Made by a program: the position numbers and the translations under genes. A stretch of 64,000 nt of DNA, from NCBI RefSeq assembly GCF_009914755.1, contig NC_060936.1; one strand, given 5' to 3'. Positions 1 to 14,239 of this stretch are shown one piece after another (positions within the stretch are counted from its first letter, which is position 1; each line of letters opens with the position of its first letter). The DNA is from the human T2T-CHM13v2.0 reference genome, Homo sapiens. The notes beneath the pieces are model-generated. The model saw only the letters and a list, made by a program, of their open reading frames with translations, had not been told where the DNA came from and did not search any database.

Positions 1-1012
1 TGTCCATTTTATTATATTCGCTATTTTTCAAAAATACATACCATATTAATAATCAGGTATATTTGTGCATAGGTGTGAGATTTTGGAGGTATTGGGTGGG
101 GGGGTATCTTTCAAACCTTCAGAAAGTTACAAATTTGGATTTACAAGCAGCTTCATTTGTACTATTTATGCGGAGTAAATGGACTTTATTCCTTTATAAA
201 TCCCATTTATTCAATAAATGTAGGATAAAGTGATCAATTATAAGACTAATTTGAAGCCCCTTAGAAAAAGTATGATTTTTCCCATTGCATAGTGGTGATC
301 TGGTTTTAAGAATTAGAATCAGGCATGAAAATGTGTTAGTTGATTAGCTGATAACTTTTAAAACATGAAACAAAATTGTTCTTATATATCTATGTTACGT
401 TATCTACCAACTTTCTTTTCTTTCAAGCTTTCGCAAATTATGATGGCTTGCTTTAGATTAGTTATATTATACTATAAATATGTCCAGATGTTTTTGTTAT
501 TCTGTAATTTGTTGAATTTTGGCTGAAGATTTTCTTAGATTCCGTTCCCCCACCTCCTTCTTGTAGTGATTGATTTCAAAGCTCCTGCTATGTTTTGAAT
601 TGTTAGGTTTTTTTAAAGAGTTGATTAGAAAAGAAACAACAATGATTTGTCTGAGCTGTAGAGATGTAGCAGCTCTTAGAGACAGAGGCACAATTATTTA
701 ATTTAATTTGTTCTCATTGCAGTAAGATAATAGCTAGAGCATTTAGAGAAGTACTAACAAAATATAAATGAATTCATTAAGTAAACTATTTAAATCAATT
801 AAAGAAGTATAACAGTTACATTTCAGTAAACATTTGAATCTACTGGTTAATCCAATAATGGCTGTGACTACCTGCTCCATGTCAGGGCTATGAAAATGTT
901 CAGAGTCTGCCTTTGGGAGATATAACATCTTGGAGGGAAAAGGAGAGCAAAGCATGTTTCTTTATGATTTATTTGTAACAGATTTTCCCTTTTTGCACCT
1001 TCTGTTTTTCAG

Positions 1013-1078
1013 AGATCTGTCTTACAACCTATTAGAAGATTTACCCAGTTTTTCAGTCTGCCAAAAGCTTCAGAAAAT
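1013..1078 (+). CDS. LGR5: LGR5 internal exon (probably exon 12), LRR
   Basis: Polypyrimidine+AG at 1011-1012, GT at 1079; encodes DLSYNLLEDLPSFSVCQKLQK(I); 66 nt, phase 2/2. Confidence 0.95.
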
Positions 1079-1555
1079 GTAAGTCTAGAAGTCTCTAAGT
1101 CACCTAGCAAAAATCAAGAATCAAAACTCACATTTCTCAGGGTCACTGGTTCATTTACCCTGTGGTTCACTGGGGAGACATGTGATCCTTTTCCTTCTTA
1201 CACACACAAGGTGTGACTGTGCAGTGTGCTTAGAAAGTTGAGAAACATAGATAATATTATTTTTTCATGCACTGTACCATATTAGTAAAACATTTATTAT
1301 ATATCCGCTTTTTTCTCCCCCTAACTCAGGGTACTAGTGAATTGGGTGTGTTTGGGCTTTGAAATTTTTCTTATTTTAGAAGTACAACCAAACTTACATA
1401 TCCAATGAGTGGTGTTATTTTTTAATATGTGGGGACTTGGGTTTGTTGGTGTGTTTGTTTCACAATAGTCAACTTTAGGGGAAGGCCATATTTGTCATAT
1501 TTAAAGTGCTACAGATGGTACTTATGCATGAAACTCTTTAGAATTCCTCTCTTAA

Positions 1556-1880
<325 letters not shown>

Positions 1881-2348
1881 AAACTTGTTGTTTTATAGTC
1901 ACACTTCAGTTTTGATCAAAACAATATTCACCATCTATCCCTTCACATTTAGTTTTTCTCTCAATGCCTTTGGGTGCTTAAGGGAAAAAAACAAAGCAAA
2001 TCCATCTGTAAAAGGTAAAGAATTTACCCTCCTGAAGACCCTCAAAGAATCCAAGGAAGGCTCAGAAGGCAGCACTAGAAGAGTCCTCCAGTGTTTTGAA
2101 TGATGATTGCATGTTTGGAATATGGTTTTACGTCCTCCCAAGCAAACTAGCTCCTTTGAAAGAGACAATACTTGAGTGTGTAAATGGTAATGTTCTTTTT
2201 TAAACAAACAAAAATCAGTCACTTGATAGATACACTTCATGTGTTCCTTTGATTAAGGGCAGGTAGTCCCTCTATAAAAGTTATCTGAAGTCTGTAGTCT
2301 TTGAAACCAGTAACTTTGAAATCAATCTTTGGAACCCTGTCATTTCAG

Positions 2349-2420
2349 TGACCTAAGACATAATGAAATCTACGAAATTAAAGTTGACACTTTCCAGCAG
2401 TTGCTTAGCCTCCGATCGCT
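2349..2420 (+). CDS. LGR5: LGR5 exon (probably 13), one LRR
   Basis: ttcag|...|gtgagt; DLRHNEIYEIKVDTFQQLLSLRS(L); 72 nt, in frame with neighbours. Confidence 0.95.
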
Positions 2421-3571
2421 GTGAGTATCACCTCCCAGTGCGTTCCCCAGCACAGAGCATTTTCTTTCTCTTTGGGGCCTTCCCCTAATGTTTTCTTTTC
2501 ATTGTGTACTATTGTGGTGGGACTTTTGTGCATATATTTGCTATGAAACATCAAGTATTTTGCTTCTGGTAATTTCCAGGAATAAATCTAAAAGTAGTAA
2601 ATTTGCAATTATGCTCTCTACCAGTCAGCAGGCAGGAAGTTTTAATGAAGAGGAAGGAAGCTAAGCTGTTGACTAGCCTACTGTGTTTTCTGTCCACAAC
2701 CTGGAATCGACAAGAAACATTTTACATGCAAAAATGGGATGATCACATAATTCTATCTGCCTGCTTTTTTTCCTGGTTAAGCATTTTTTTCAACGTGTGT
2801 CTCAAAGTGCTTAATAATCACCTCGAGGAAACTAAAAAATACAGACTCCAGAACCTTATCTGCCTCATGAGTTAGAATCTCTGGAGTGGGGACTGGGAAT
2901 CTGCATTTTAACAAGTACACTAAGGTTTGAACACAGCTGTTCTAGAATCACTTCTGTTGCTCAGGCAACTAAGATTTGTAAATACTTGTATTTAATTCCA
3001 TTTTATGATTGAAATGTTATATATTAAATTTTTTAAAAAAACTTACTAGCAGATTGTTTTATGAAATAACAGTTAAAACTTTTCTATACTGAAACTGGAT
3101 TTCAATATGATTTTGATGAACGGTGATGATAGGTAATGTTTAAACTATAGTACGTTTGTTAAAAACCTTTCTCTTTTGCTGACTTCTAAAGTATTTTTTT
3201 TGTACTTAAGAGACTATACCTTTGGTAAAATAATACTATTCCTCAAAAGACTTTAAATTTACTTTTAAGAGTCACTTTCTCCCAAAAGTTTACCTTAATA
3301 ACCTTAATAATTTCCTCCCAAAAGTTTACCAGAATAACATCTTGTTCTGAATTTCGTTGTGTTGCCCTTCTCTCACTTTTGGTTGAAATCTACTTGTGGA
3401 GTGCTTTTACTTAAAAAAAAAAAAAGTGTAAAAGGAAAATACTTTTATTTTCCTTTTACTAAGGGTTACTATTTTCCTAACCCTAAACCTTATTCAGGTA
3501 AGTGAATAAGACTTACCTGTCTTATTCACCCGGTTTGATGTCTGGCTGCCCCAAGTCAGTTCTATATTAAA

Positions 3572-3928
<357 letters not shown>

Positions 3929-4866
3929 TCACTCACCAAACTGTGCCAACTCCAATTCATCCTCTCCACTCCTCTACCGCAGGCCCATTAATGATTCGTT
4001 TGGATCACCATCATCCTCCCAACCAGTCCTTCTATCATCTCTCTACCCATTCATCTTATTCTTTCTTAAATAAATATCTAATCATGTTATTTCCCTGCTT
4101 CAAAAACTTTCTAATTATTTCCCTGTTGTCTTCAAGATCAGACCAAACTTCCCAGCAACACTCTTCAAAATCTGATTCCAGCCTCCTGGTACAGTGTCAT
4201 CTCTCCTCAGCACACTCCAGGTCCCTGACACACGAGCCAGTGTTTCTCCTATTCCCATTGCCTATAGGATTCCTCCCCACCCATGACTTGTCCCCCTGCC
4301 CATTTCACAAGAACAAGATCTTCTATCTTTGGGCCCACTTCACTCAGATGCGCTTTGCACATTTTCTACTGTAGAACTTAATACTTAGCACTGTCATCAG
4401 GTAGACTATGCCATACCTGAAAACAATAAGAACTTTTTCAGGTTCCCATAAATTAAAATTTCAGTAAAACTTCTAGCCCAGGGTCTAGTGCAGTGGCTTT
4501 TTCATTATTTGCTTAAGAATTTAAACATGTTCTGAGCACAAGATCAGGGACTGTGAAGTCAGTGTGCCTGCGTTTGAATTGCAGCGCCTGAGATTACTCT
4601 GTAATTTATTACTCAAGTGACTTGTCACACAGTTTCTATTTTTCCTCATGAGTATAATGAAGGTAATGATAATACCTACCTCTTAGGGTTGTGGTGAGGG
4701 TTATGAGACTAAAACCTGTAAAAAACAAAACAAAACAAACAAACAAAAACCTCATAACTATACCTGGCACATTGTAACTATGCAACCTTATTATTATTAT
4801 GAAAATAAGTATATAGCTTTTGAGGGTTCTAGCAAGAAACAGAAGTCATTTAAGATGGTTGAAATG

Positions 4867-5768
<902 letters not shown>

Positions 5769-7429
5769 AAGATGGTTCAAATGAAAAGACACTTACATAG
5801 GTGTTGGCAGGGAGCAAGCAAAGGATGGGTGTGCAGAAACCAGTAACATCTGGGGCTAGAGTCACAGGGAGGAAATGATGTTTCCAGGACAAAGAAAGAG
5901 CTTAAGCATGGAGAAGTGTTGCAGCCCTTGAGAAGTCTGTAGCTGCCATGAAAGACATGATTCCAAAACAGGGAAGAGAAGACCATGAGGGCCCTGACCT
6001 CCCTTTCCTTCTGGGGCTTCTCCTGAGAAAACAACTGAGGCCATTAGGGAGCTCTGGGGATGCAGCCTGCAGGATCAGCCCCAGGCACAAAGCAGAAAAT
6101 GACTCCTCTGGGGCTGCTGGGAGGATTCCAGCGCACGGGCTCATGAATTGAAAAGGAATTACAGGCCTTTGAACATATAAATTCTCACATATTTACTTAA
6201 ACCCCAGCCAAATCACTCTAAGCACCATGGCAGGACTTGGCCTACATTCCAGATATTCTGCTCTGTGAAGCTCTCCCAGGGCACCATGATCTACTTAAAG
6301 CTGCCAAAAAGACTCTGACAGATGGTATTACTTGCTCACCTCAGTGACACGTATTTCTTGAGCAGCTCAACAGAAGACAGTCTTCTCACTCAATTACCCA
6401 AAGCCCAGCCGCCATTTGTAGCTTTTCTACCTTCCATACGTTTCCTCCCCTTGTTAGCTGCAATTTTCTTCTGTTCTGGGATCAAGGAAAAGACTTCCAG
6501 TTTCCTCCAGGAAAGGAGGACAGGTCCCTAAGGAACCTTTCAAATGAGAATGTAAATATTCTGTGAATACCATTTATTAAGGTAACCCTGGAGCCCAATA
6601 TCATAAACTTTTCTACACTTAAGAAAAGTTGACTTTGTTTACTTTCAGTTCTCTCAAATGCCTACATCTTAGTTACCATTGTTAGTCATTTACAAAAATT
6701 AAAAATCTTAAATTCATCCTTCCTTTTTAAAAATGTAGTTCTTATTCCTGATAAATTATCTACAGAAGTTTTTGCAAAATGCTTTACTCCTACTTAATTA
6801 TCTGCAGTTCATTACTTGTCCATGGGAAGTGAATTTTATTTCCCCATAAACTGTACTTTTTCTTTACTATCAAAGAATTTTATTTCTAACATATGTTGGC
6901 CCCTATTTTATTCATATCCTGGCTAATAATTTACTTGTCAGTATCCTTCCTGGAAATTTTCTTGAAAGCATCTTTGTGTTTCTTTCAAGGCCTAACATAT
7001 ATGAGTGATGTGCCCAAATTTTTTTGAGTTTCATTACATATCCAAGGACATTTTATAATTTAACACTTACTTGTCAGAAGAAGAGACTCAGAAGTTTCTG
7101 TCCCTTCCCACAGTGCTACAACCACTCATTTTAGAAAGGCCCTAATAAAATTTTACAACCATGTTAAAGTCAACCTTTTAGCAAGAGTAAAACCAAAATA
7201 TCCACCTGAACGATGTTTCCTTGATTGGTTTTAACAAGCTTGATTTAAAGTTCTCTCATTAGTCATTTTATACCACTAATATGATAATCTGAAGGGCAGT
7301 TTGATAAGTTAATTGTTTCTGATCTGAATGGAAATTAAATTAATTTTGGTAGAAGACTAAATGCATATGATAAAACTTCACATGTTCTTTATTCTATATA
7401 ATTCTCTCATTTGCCTTTTTTTACAATAG

Positions 7430-7501
7430 GAATTTGGCTTGGAACAAAATTGCTATTATTCACCCCAATGCATTTTCCACTTTGCCATCCCTAATAAAGC
7501 T
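7430..7501 (+). CDS. LGR5: LGR5 exon (probably 14), one LRR
   Basis: aatag|...|gtgagt; NLAWNKIAIIHPNAFSTLPSLIK(L); 72 nt. Confidence 0.95.
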
Positions 7502-8308
7502 GTGAGTATTCCACAACTTGTTTATGGTATGTCTCTTAATAATTGAGGACCATCTAGTTAATTTTAAAAGTTGGTTTTGTTGAAGAAGCTGGATATGCAC
7601 AGATTACCTGCCTCTGTGTTCTCCATGCCTAGAGCTTGTCAGAGCCAGGGAGGAGTTCTGCTCCTCCAGGGCCACATGGGCCATTAAGTGGATAATTGAA
7701 GATTTGGGTGACACCTGGTTCTCATTATTCAGCTGAAGTTTTTTATTTGTGCTTTGTAATCAGGTGGAATGGAATAAGATGTCAATTCAGGTCTGAAGGG
7801 CTTCCATTTTATTTTATGCCATTTTGACTGATAGAGAATCTTCCTGTCCCTTCCCCCCACGCCAACTTCCCACCTCTTGCTCCTTCCTCTCCCCATCTCT
7901 TATCTAACAAAGAAAGAAGAAATTGGTTAGACAGAAGTTAGGAGAAGAGGAAGGGGAGTAAATACACCCCCTACACTTTTTACCTCTCACTCCTAATCTA
8001 GTCAGCATCACTTTTCAAATTAAATATAGCACCTTCCCCTTGATTTTAGATGTCCCCACCTGACAAAATGAAGCTGAATATAGAACAATTTGAATACAAT
8101 TAAAACCTTTTCTCCCCTACAATCCTGATTGTGAATAGAAAAGTTATCAAGAGCTAAACCAAAATGGTTACTTTTACCATTAAGAGTAAGGACCCTGCTT
8201 AGAAGTTTTTATTGAGTAGTTTAACGATCTTTAGGTTGTTGTTTTTTTTAACATAAACGTTTTATGCTAACATAGACTAAAAGCCAATTGTTGTTTGATG
8301 TTTTGCAG

Positions 8309-8434
8309 GGACCTATCGTCCAACCTCCTGTCGTCTTTTCCTATAACTGGGTTACATGGTTTAACTCACTTAAAATTAACAGGAAATCATGCCTTACAGA
8401 GCTTGATATCATCTGAAAACTTTCCAGAACTCAA
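8309..8434 (+). CDS. LGR5: LGR5 exon (probably 15), LRRs
   Basis: ttgcag|...|gtgagt; DLSSNLLSSFPITGLHGLTHLKLTGNHALQSLISSENFPEL(K); 126 nt. Confidence 0.95.
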
Positions 8435-8989
8435 GTGAGTTTGTCATTAAAACTAATAAGATACATTTGTGGTCATGTGAAATAATAGATGTATTATAGT
8501 GGTGTTCTAAATTTATGAGGTCGTGAGACACTTTTGAATTGCATTTCATGCCCTCAAGTCTCCTAACCCTGGAGCATTGTTAGGACAAGCCCTGAAGTGG
8601 GAAAATGTGTCCTCCTGACCATATTTCCTTTCCTTCTCAAAGATGCCTCCCAGAATCATAGAGTTCATAGGAGGAGTTTGAAAACAATTGATCCATGGAA
8701 TATATATAAAAATAAACTAGGGCATGTAATTAAATAACATTATAACATTATTCTACTCTTGTTTACAATTTTTAATTTAGCTTGTATGTATCTAATAAAA
8801 TGTACTAAATTAATATTTGTTTGAGGAAGTAATGCTGCTTAAAATCTGTTATGCTTATTATTGACAAAGAAGTATCTTGAAAGATTATGTATTTTTTAAC
8901 CCACGGTAGTTTTTACATACTTTTAAAATTATGAAAATAATAAAACCCCAAAAGAGAGTTGGGAAAGCATAAGAGAGAACAAAAATCTT

Positions 8990-9321
8990 TTTTTTAATTT
9001 TTAATGTTTTTATTTTTTATGGTTACATAGTTGGTGTTTATATTTATGGGGTACATGAAATGTTTTGATACAGGCATGCAATATGTAATAAGCACATCAT
9101 GGAAAATGGGGTATTCATCCCCTCAAGCATTTATCCTTTGAGTTACAAACAATCCAATTACACTCTTTATTTTAAAATGCCCAATTAAATTATTATTGAC
9201 TACAGTCACCCTGTTGTGCTATTGAATAGTCGGTGTTATTTATTCTTTCTATTTTTTGTACCCATTAACCATCCCCACTTCCCCCCAAGTCCACCCTTCC
9301 CAGTCTCTATTAAGCATCCAG
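8990..9321 (-). mobile_element. L1 3' end (L1MA-like)
   Basis: Antisense L1 3'UTR; TSD GAACAAAAATCTT at 8977-8989 and 9322-9334. Confidence 0.8.
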
Positions 9322-9782
9322 GAACAAAAATCTTAAAAATGCCACTCTAAACAACATGGTTAAGTTACTTCTTTCCAAGCTTTGTTTCCAGTGCATTTTT
9401 TATTGTTAGACTCAAAATGTGCATAGAAATATATGTCATATTGTAGTCACTTATTCTGCCATAAGCACTTTTTCATGTTGCTACAATTTTTCTTAGCAGC
9501 CTTTTTTTTAACCTTTTTATTTTGGAAATTTTCCATCATTTGAGTAATGGAAGTTGCATCACTCAGCTTCAGCAATTAACATTTCATAGTGATCATTTTT
9601 AATAACTTCATTGTTTTTATAAATAGCACTGTAATGAACACCTTTATGTGCATAACTTATACTTTGGATTATTTATTTAGGCTAAAATCCAAAGGTAGAA
9701 TAATTGGGTGAAAGAACATGAACACTATATTTAATTATCCGTTTCTTTAAGTGTTTTTTGTTTGGGTTTTGTTCATTTAAAG

Positions 9783-9928
9783 GGTTATAGAAATGCCTTA
9801 TGCTTACCAGTGCTGTGCATTTGGAGTGTGTGAGAATGCCTATAAGATTTCTAATCAATGGAATAAAGGTGACAACAGCAGTATGGACGACCTTCATAAG
9901 AAAGATGCTGGAATGTTTCAGGCTCAAG
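9783..9928 (+). CDS. LGR5: LGR5 exon (probably 16), LRRCT/hinge
   Basis: AAG acceptor, GTAGGA donor; VIEMPYAYQCCAFGVCENAYKISNQWNKGDNSSMDDLHKKDAGMFQAQ; overlaps ORF 9793-9990; 146 nt. Confidence 0.95.
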
Positions 9929-10018
9929 GTAGGACTTGCTATGCCATGGTAATGAAATTGTGTTGTGTTCAGTGGAACACATGGAAATGAATTATGTTTG
10001 ATGAAAAGTCATCGAACA

Positions 10019-10398
<380 letters not shown>

Positions 10399-11960
10399 TT
10401 AAAGACTACTTGAGAAAGAGAAAACTAGCTCAGGATTTATCCTAAAATTTCATCTGTTCTGTAGGTGAATTCTTATATTTATATGTATAATTAGATTCCC
10501 CCTTAGCATATACTGTCCTCAGGGGTGATTACTGACATGATGTTTCCATCAGCTTTTTAAAGGGTCTGTTTCTGAGGATGTCTTTTTCATACGTACTTCA
10601 GAAACTTTTTCTCCAGAAGACAAAATCCATTTTCATTCTTATGGCCTGGAAGGATTGAAAGATATAAACATTTTAGATTCCTTCATATTTCAGCAGAAGG
10701 GCTAAAGAATCCTGCTTTTTGTCCAACTAATTCTAAATCATTCTCCTCACCTACCCCACCCCGGGGTATCTGTCTGGAAGGTGAAATGAGATAATGTCTG
10801 TAAAGCTTGGCTTTCCTTGAATTAAGACGTTACCTAAACAGACAACAATGCCTCTCAAACCACACCTGTGGTAATGAGGAGGTGCTTTGGGCACCACCCC
10901 CTGCCTTCCCTGCCAACCCTGCGAGTTTGCACAAAGTCTAAACAGACTAAACAGAAGGATGGCTTCTCATGCTTTGGGCCTTAATGATTTGTTGATTCCA
11001 AAGCAAGTATGATTCAGTCTGTCTGCAGATAACCTTACCAGTTTTTCCTGCATGTGTATCTGTTTAAGGAACTGATATCTTGGTCCTTGCCTTTTTTGTT
11101 TTAGGCCACAGCATGTGTCTTGTTCTTGTTCTTGCTTCAGTTTTTGCTCTTCCTGCCTCACCCACTCTAATTTCTCTCCAAAATTATTCACTCAAAACAT
11201 AAAAACACAAGCAAAAAGTTATTAGAGAGCCTACTTTGTGCCAGGCACTGTTCTAGGCCTTGAAAGTACACAATGAACAACACAGAGAGAAGGTCATTCA
11301 TGGAGTTTATTTTCAAAGGCAGTGATTCTCAACCCTGGACCACATATTACACTCACATAGCAACTTTTAAAAAATATTGGTCCCCAATTCCCACATGAGA
11401 CCAATTAAATCTGTATCTTTGGGGAAATATGTTAGATCACAAAACTCCTATTTCATGGATAGCTAAACCAAGCACCAAGTAGTTATTTGTTTTGTCCTCT
11501 GTTACACAGAATTCCCCAGGGAAGACTGAAACTTACTGTGTCTGATTCTCTGGTGTTCAGAGAACACAGCCTAGAACATTTGCAGTATAGCTTTTATAGT
11601 GTTAGAAATTTGGATAAAGCGGTTCCTACTCTGAACGAAGAGGCCCATAGCCTCCTCTAATTTAGCTCTGCAATGTGGGGACATCATGAGCTGCAGGGAA
11701 CACGAGCAGAATGAGAGTTTAGATGTTACACCCGGCGTCTTGGGTCACTCTCCCTCACCCCCAGTTGTACTAGAATAGTATGTCATAGCAGCTTGAGTCA
11801 AACATCCAAAGGCAACTTTATAATAACTTGCAAGAAAGCTAGAGCACAAGGAATTTGTGACAGTTCATGTCTCCAGAATAACCCAGGACTCTCCACTCTG
11901 GGATTTGGTCCCTTGAAAAGAGAGTCAGAACTAATCATTCCAGGACTTCTTGTGCTGCAG

Positions 11961-12044
11961 ATGAACGTGACCTTGAAGATTTCCTGCTTGACTTTGAGGA
12001 AGACCTGAAAGCCCTTCATTCAGTGCAGTGTTCACCTTCCCCAG
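11961..12044 (+). CDS. LGR5: LGR5 exon (probably 17), hinge
   Basis: ctgcag|...|gtgaga; (D)ERDLEDFLLDFEEDLKALHSVQCSPSP; 84 nt. Confidence 0.95.
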
Positions 12045-12445
12045 GTGAGAAAGGCATCAAAAATTCCTCAACGGCAGTATCCACCACTGATTCTGAGTCC
12101 ATGAAAAACAATACAGCTATACTTTAAAAGCCGAATCTGTGCCAACTTTGCAGCTCATCAGTAACCCTCCCCATAGTGGCCTGTCAAATACAAATGTTCA
12201 TTCCCTGGAGTTGTTTTTCACTTGCCAATAGGATTGAGGTGGGAGGACTTTTGATTTAACTTAATGTAAACGAAAGAATCAAGTATGTTGTTAGAGGCAT
12301 ATGTAATTTTTAAAATGATATTAGCAATTTACCCTGAAATAGTATGCTATAATCTTGTTTTGTGTAATCACCGACATTTGAAAGTGACTTAGGTTTTTCT
12401 TATAAATAACTATTTGGTAAAAGCAAATAATAGTTTGTACAGATA

Positions 12446-12572
12446 AGAGGAAGGAAGGAAGGAAGGAAGAAAGGAAGGAAGGAAGGAGAAGGGGAAGGGA
12501 GGGGAGGGGAGGGAAGGGAAGGGAAGGAAAGAGGAAGGGGAGGGGAAGAGATGGGAAGGGAGGGGAGGAAAG
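12446..12572 (+). repeat. Polypurine (GGAA)n/(GGGA)n tract
   Basis: About 125 nt, almost entirely G/A. Confidence 0.95.
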
Positions 12573-13151
12573 TGAAGTTGAATTCTTAATAGTTTGTCTC
12601 ATTCCAAAAAACAGGATGAGCCAGTTGAAAAAAAGATAGCTAGGAAGAGTTGATATTTTATTTTTAACGAATAGATTGTCCCTTGCTCCCTAACCTCAAA
12701 TTTTAATCTAAAACTAAGATGAGATTTTCATGAAATTCACATTCATAATATTACGGAGTATTTCCCTAGGATTCTCCTTGTCTGCCTATGGAAACTTATG
12801 GAAATATTCTGAAAACTTATATAATGAAAAGTCCAGGAGATCTGGCTTTTTACCTGGCTCCAACACAGCTGTATCTTAGAGACTTCAATTAAGTGATCGA
12901 AATTCTCCATTCTCATTTCTCCATCAATACCCTGGAACAGGAGCACCGGGTGTACTCACCCAGCCAGTGCTGCAGAAGATCCAGGGTGACAGTGGCTTGA
13001 GATAGTGGAGCATGCACATGGGCACTGTGTGTTATTAGGCTGTTTTTGACCATTATCTCTTGGCATCCTAAATAAAGAGACAAAAGGGTAATTCAGCAAA
13101 AGTTGTAAACCCTAATTTGATACTCAATCTTTGCCTTCCTTGGACTTCTAG

Positions 13152-14239
13152 GCCCCTTCAAACCCTGTGAACACCTGCTTGATGGCTGGCTGATCAGAAT
13201 TGGAGTGTGGACCATAGCAGTTCTGGCACTTACTTGTAATGCTTTGGTGACTTCAACAGTTTTCAGATCCCCTCTGTACATTTCCCCCATTAAACTGTTA
13301 ATTGGGGTCATCGCAGCAGTGAACATGCTCACGGGAGTCTCCAGTGCCGTGCTGGCTGGTGTGGATGCGTTCACTTTTGGCAGCTTTGCACGACATGGTG
13401 CCTGGTGGGAGAATGGGGTTGGTTGCCATGTCATTGGTTTTTTGTCCATTTTTGCTTCAGAATCATCTGTTTTCCTGCTTACTCTGGCAGCCCTGGAGCG
13501 TGGGTTCTCTGTGAAATATTCTGCAAAATTTGAAACGAAAGCTCCATTTTCTAGCCTGAAAGTAATCATTTTGCTCTGTGCCCTGCTGGCCTTGACCATG
13601 GCCGCAGTTCCCCTGCTGGGTGGCAGCAAGTATGGCGCCTCCCCTCTCTGCCTGCCTTTGCCTTTTGGGGAGCCCAGCACCATGGGCTACATGGTCGCTC
13701 TCATCTTGCTCAATTCCCTTTGCTTCCTCATGATGACCATTGCCTACACCAAGCTCTACTGCAATTTGGACAAGGGAGACCTGGAGAATATTTGGGACTG
13801 CTCTATGGTAAAACACATTGCCCTGTTGCTCTTCACCAACTGCATCCTAAACTGCCCTGTGGCTTTCTTGTCCTTCTCCTCTTTAATAAACCTTACATTT
13901 ATCAGTCCTGAAGTAATTAAGTTTATCCTTCTGGTGGTAGTCCCACTTCCTGCATGTCTCAATCCCCTTCTCTACATCTTGTTCAATCCTCACTTTAAGG
14001 AGGATCTGGTGAGCCTGAGAAAGCAAACCTACGTCTGGACAAGATCAAAACACCCAAGCTTGATGTCAATTAACTCTGATGATGTCGAAAAACAGTCCTG
14101 TGACTCAACTCAAGCCTTGGTAACCTTTACCAGCTCCAGCATCACTTATGACCTGCCTCCCAGTTCCGTGCCATCACCAGCTTATCCAGTGACTGAGAGC
14201 TGCCATCTTTCCTCTGTGGCATTTGTCCCATGTCTCTAA
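13152..14239 (+). CDS. LGR5: LGR5 terminal exon, coding part: 7TM domain and C-tail
   Basis: ctag| acceptor; GPFKPCEHLL (FxPCE motif of glycoprotein-hormone-receptor family), seven hydrophobic helices, NPLLY, ends VAFVPCL*; contains ORF 13205-14239. Confidence 0.98.

Noticed and set aside
13093-13962. Antisense and alternative-frame ORFs (196, 117, 63 and 68 aa) over the LGR5 7TM exon
   Set aside because: Shadow ORFs of a coding exon, with no independent splice or promoter evidence and no recognisable domain
13205-14239. 344-aa ORF as a stand-alone GPCR gene
   Set aside because: Its start is an internal GTG (Val); the frame is joined by splicing at 13152
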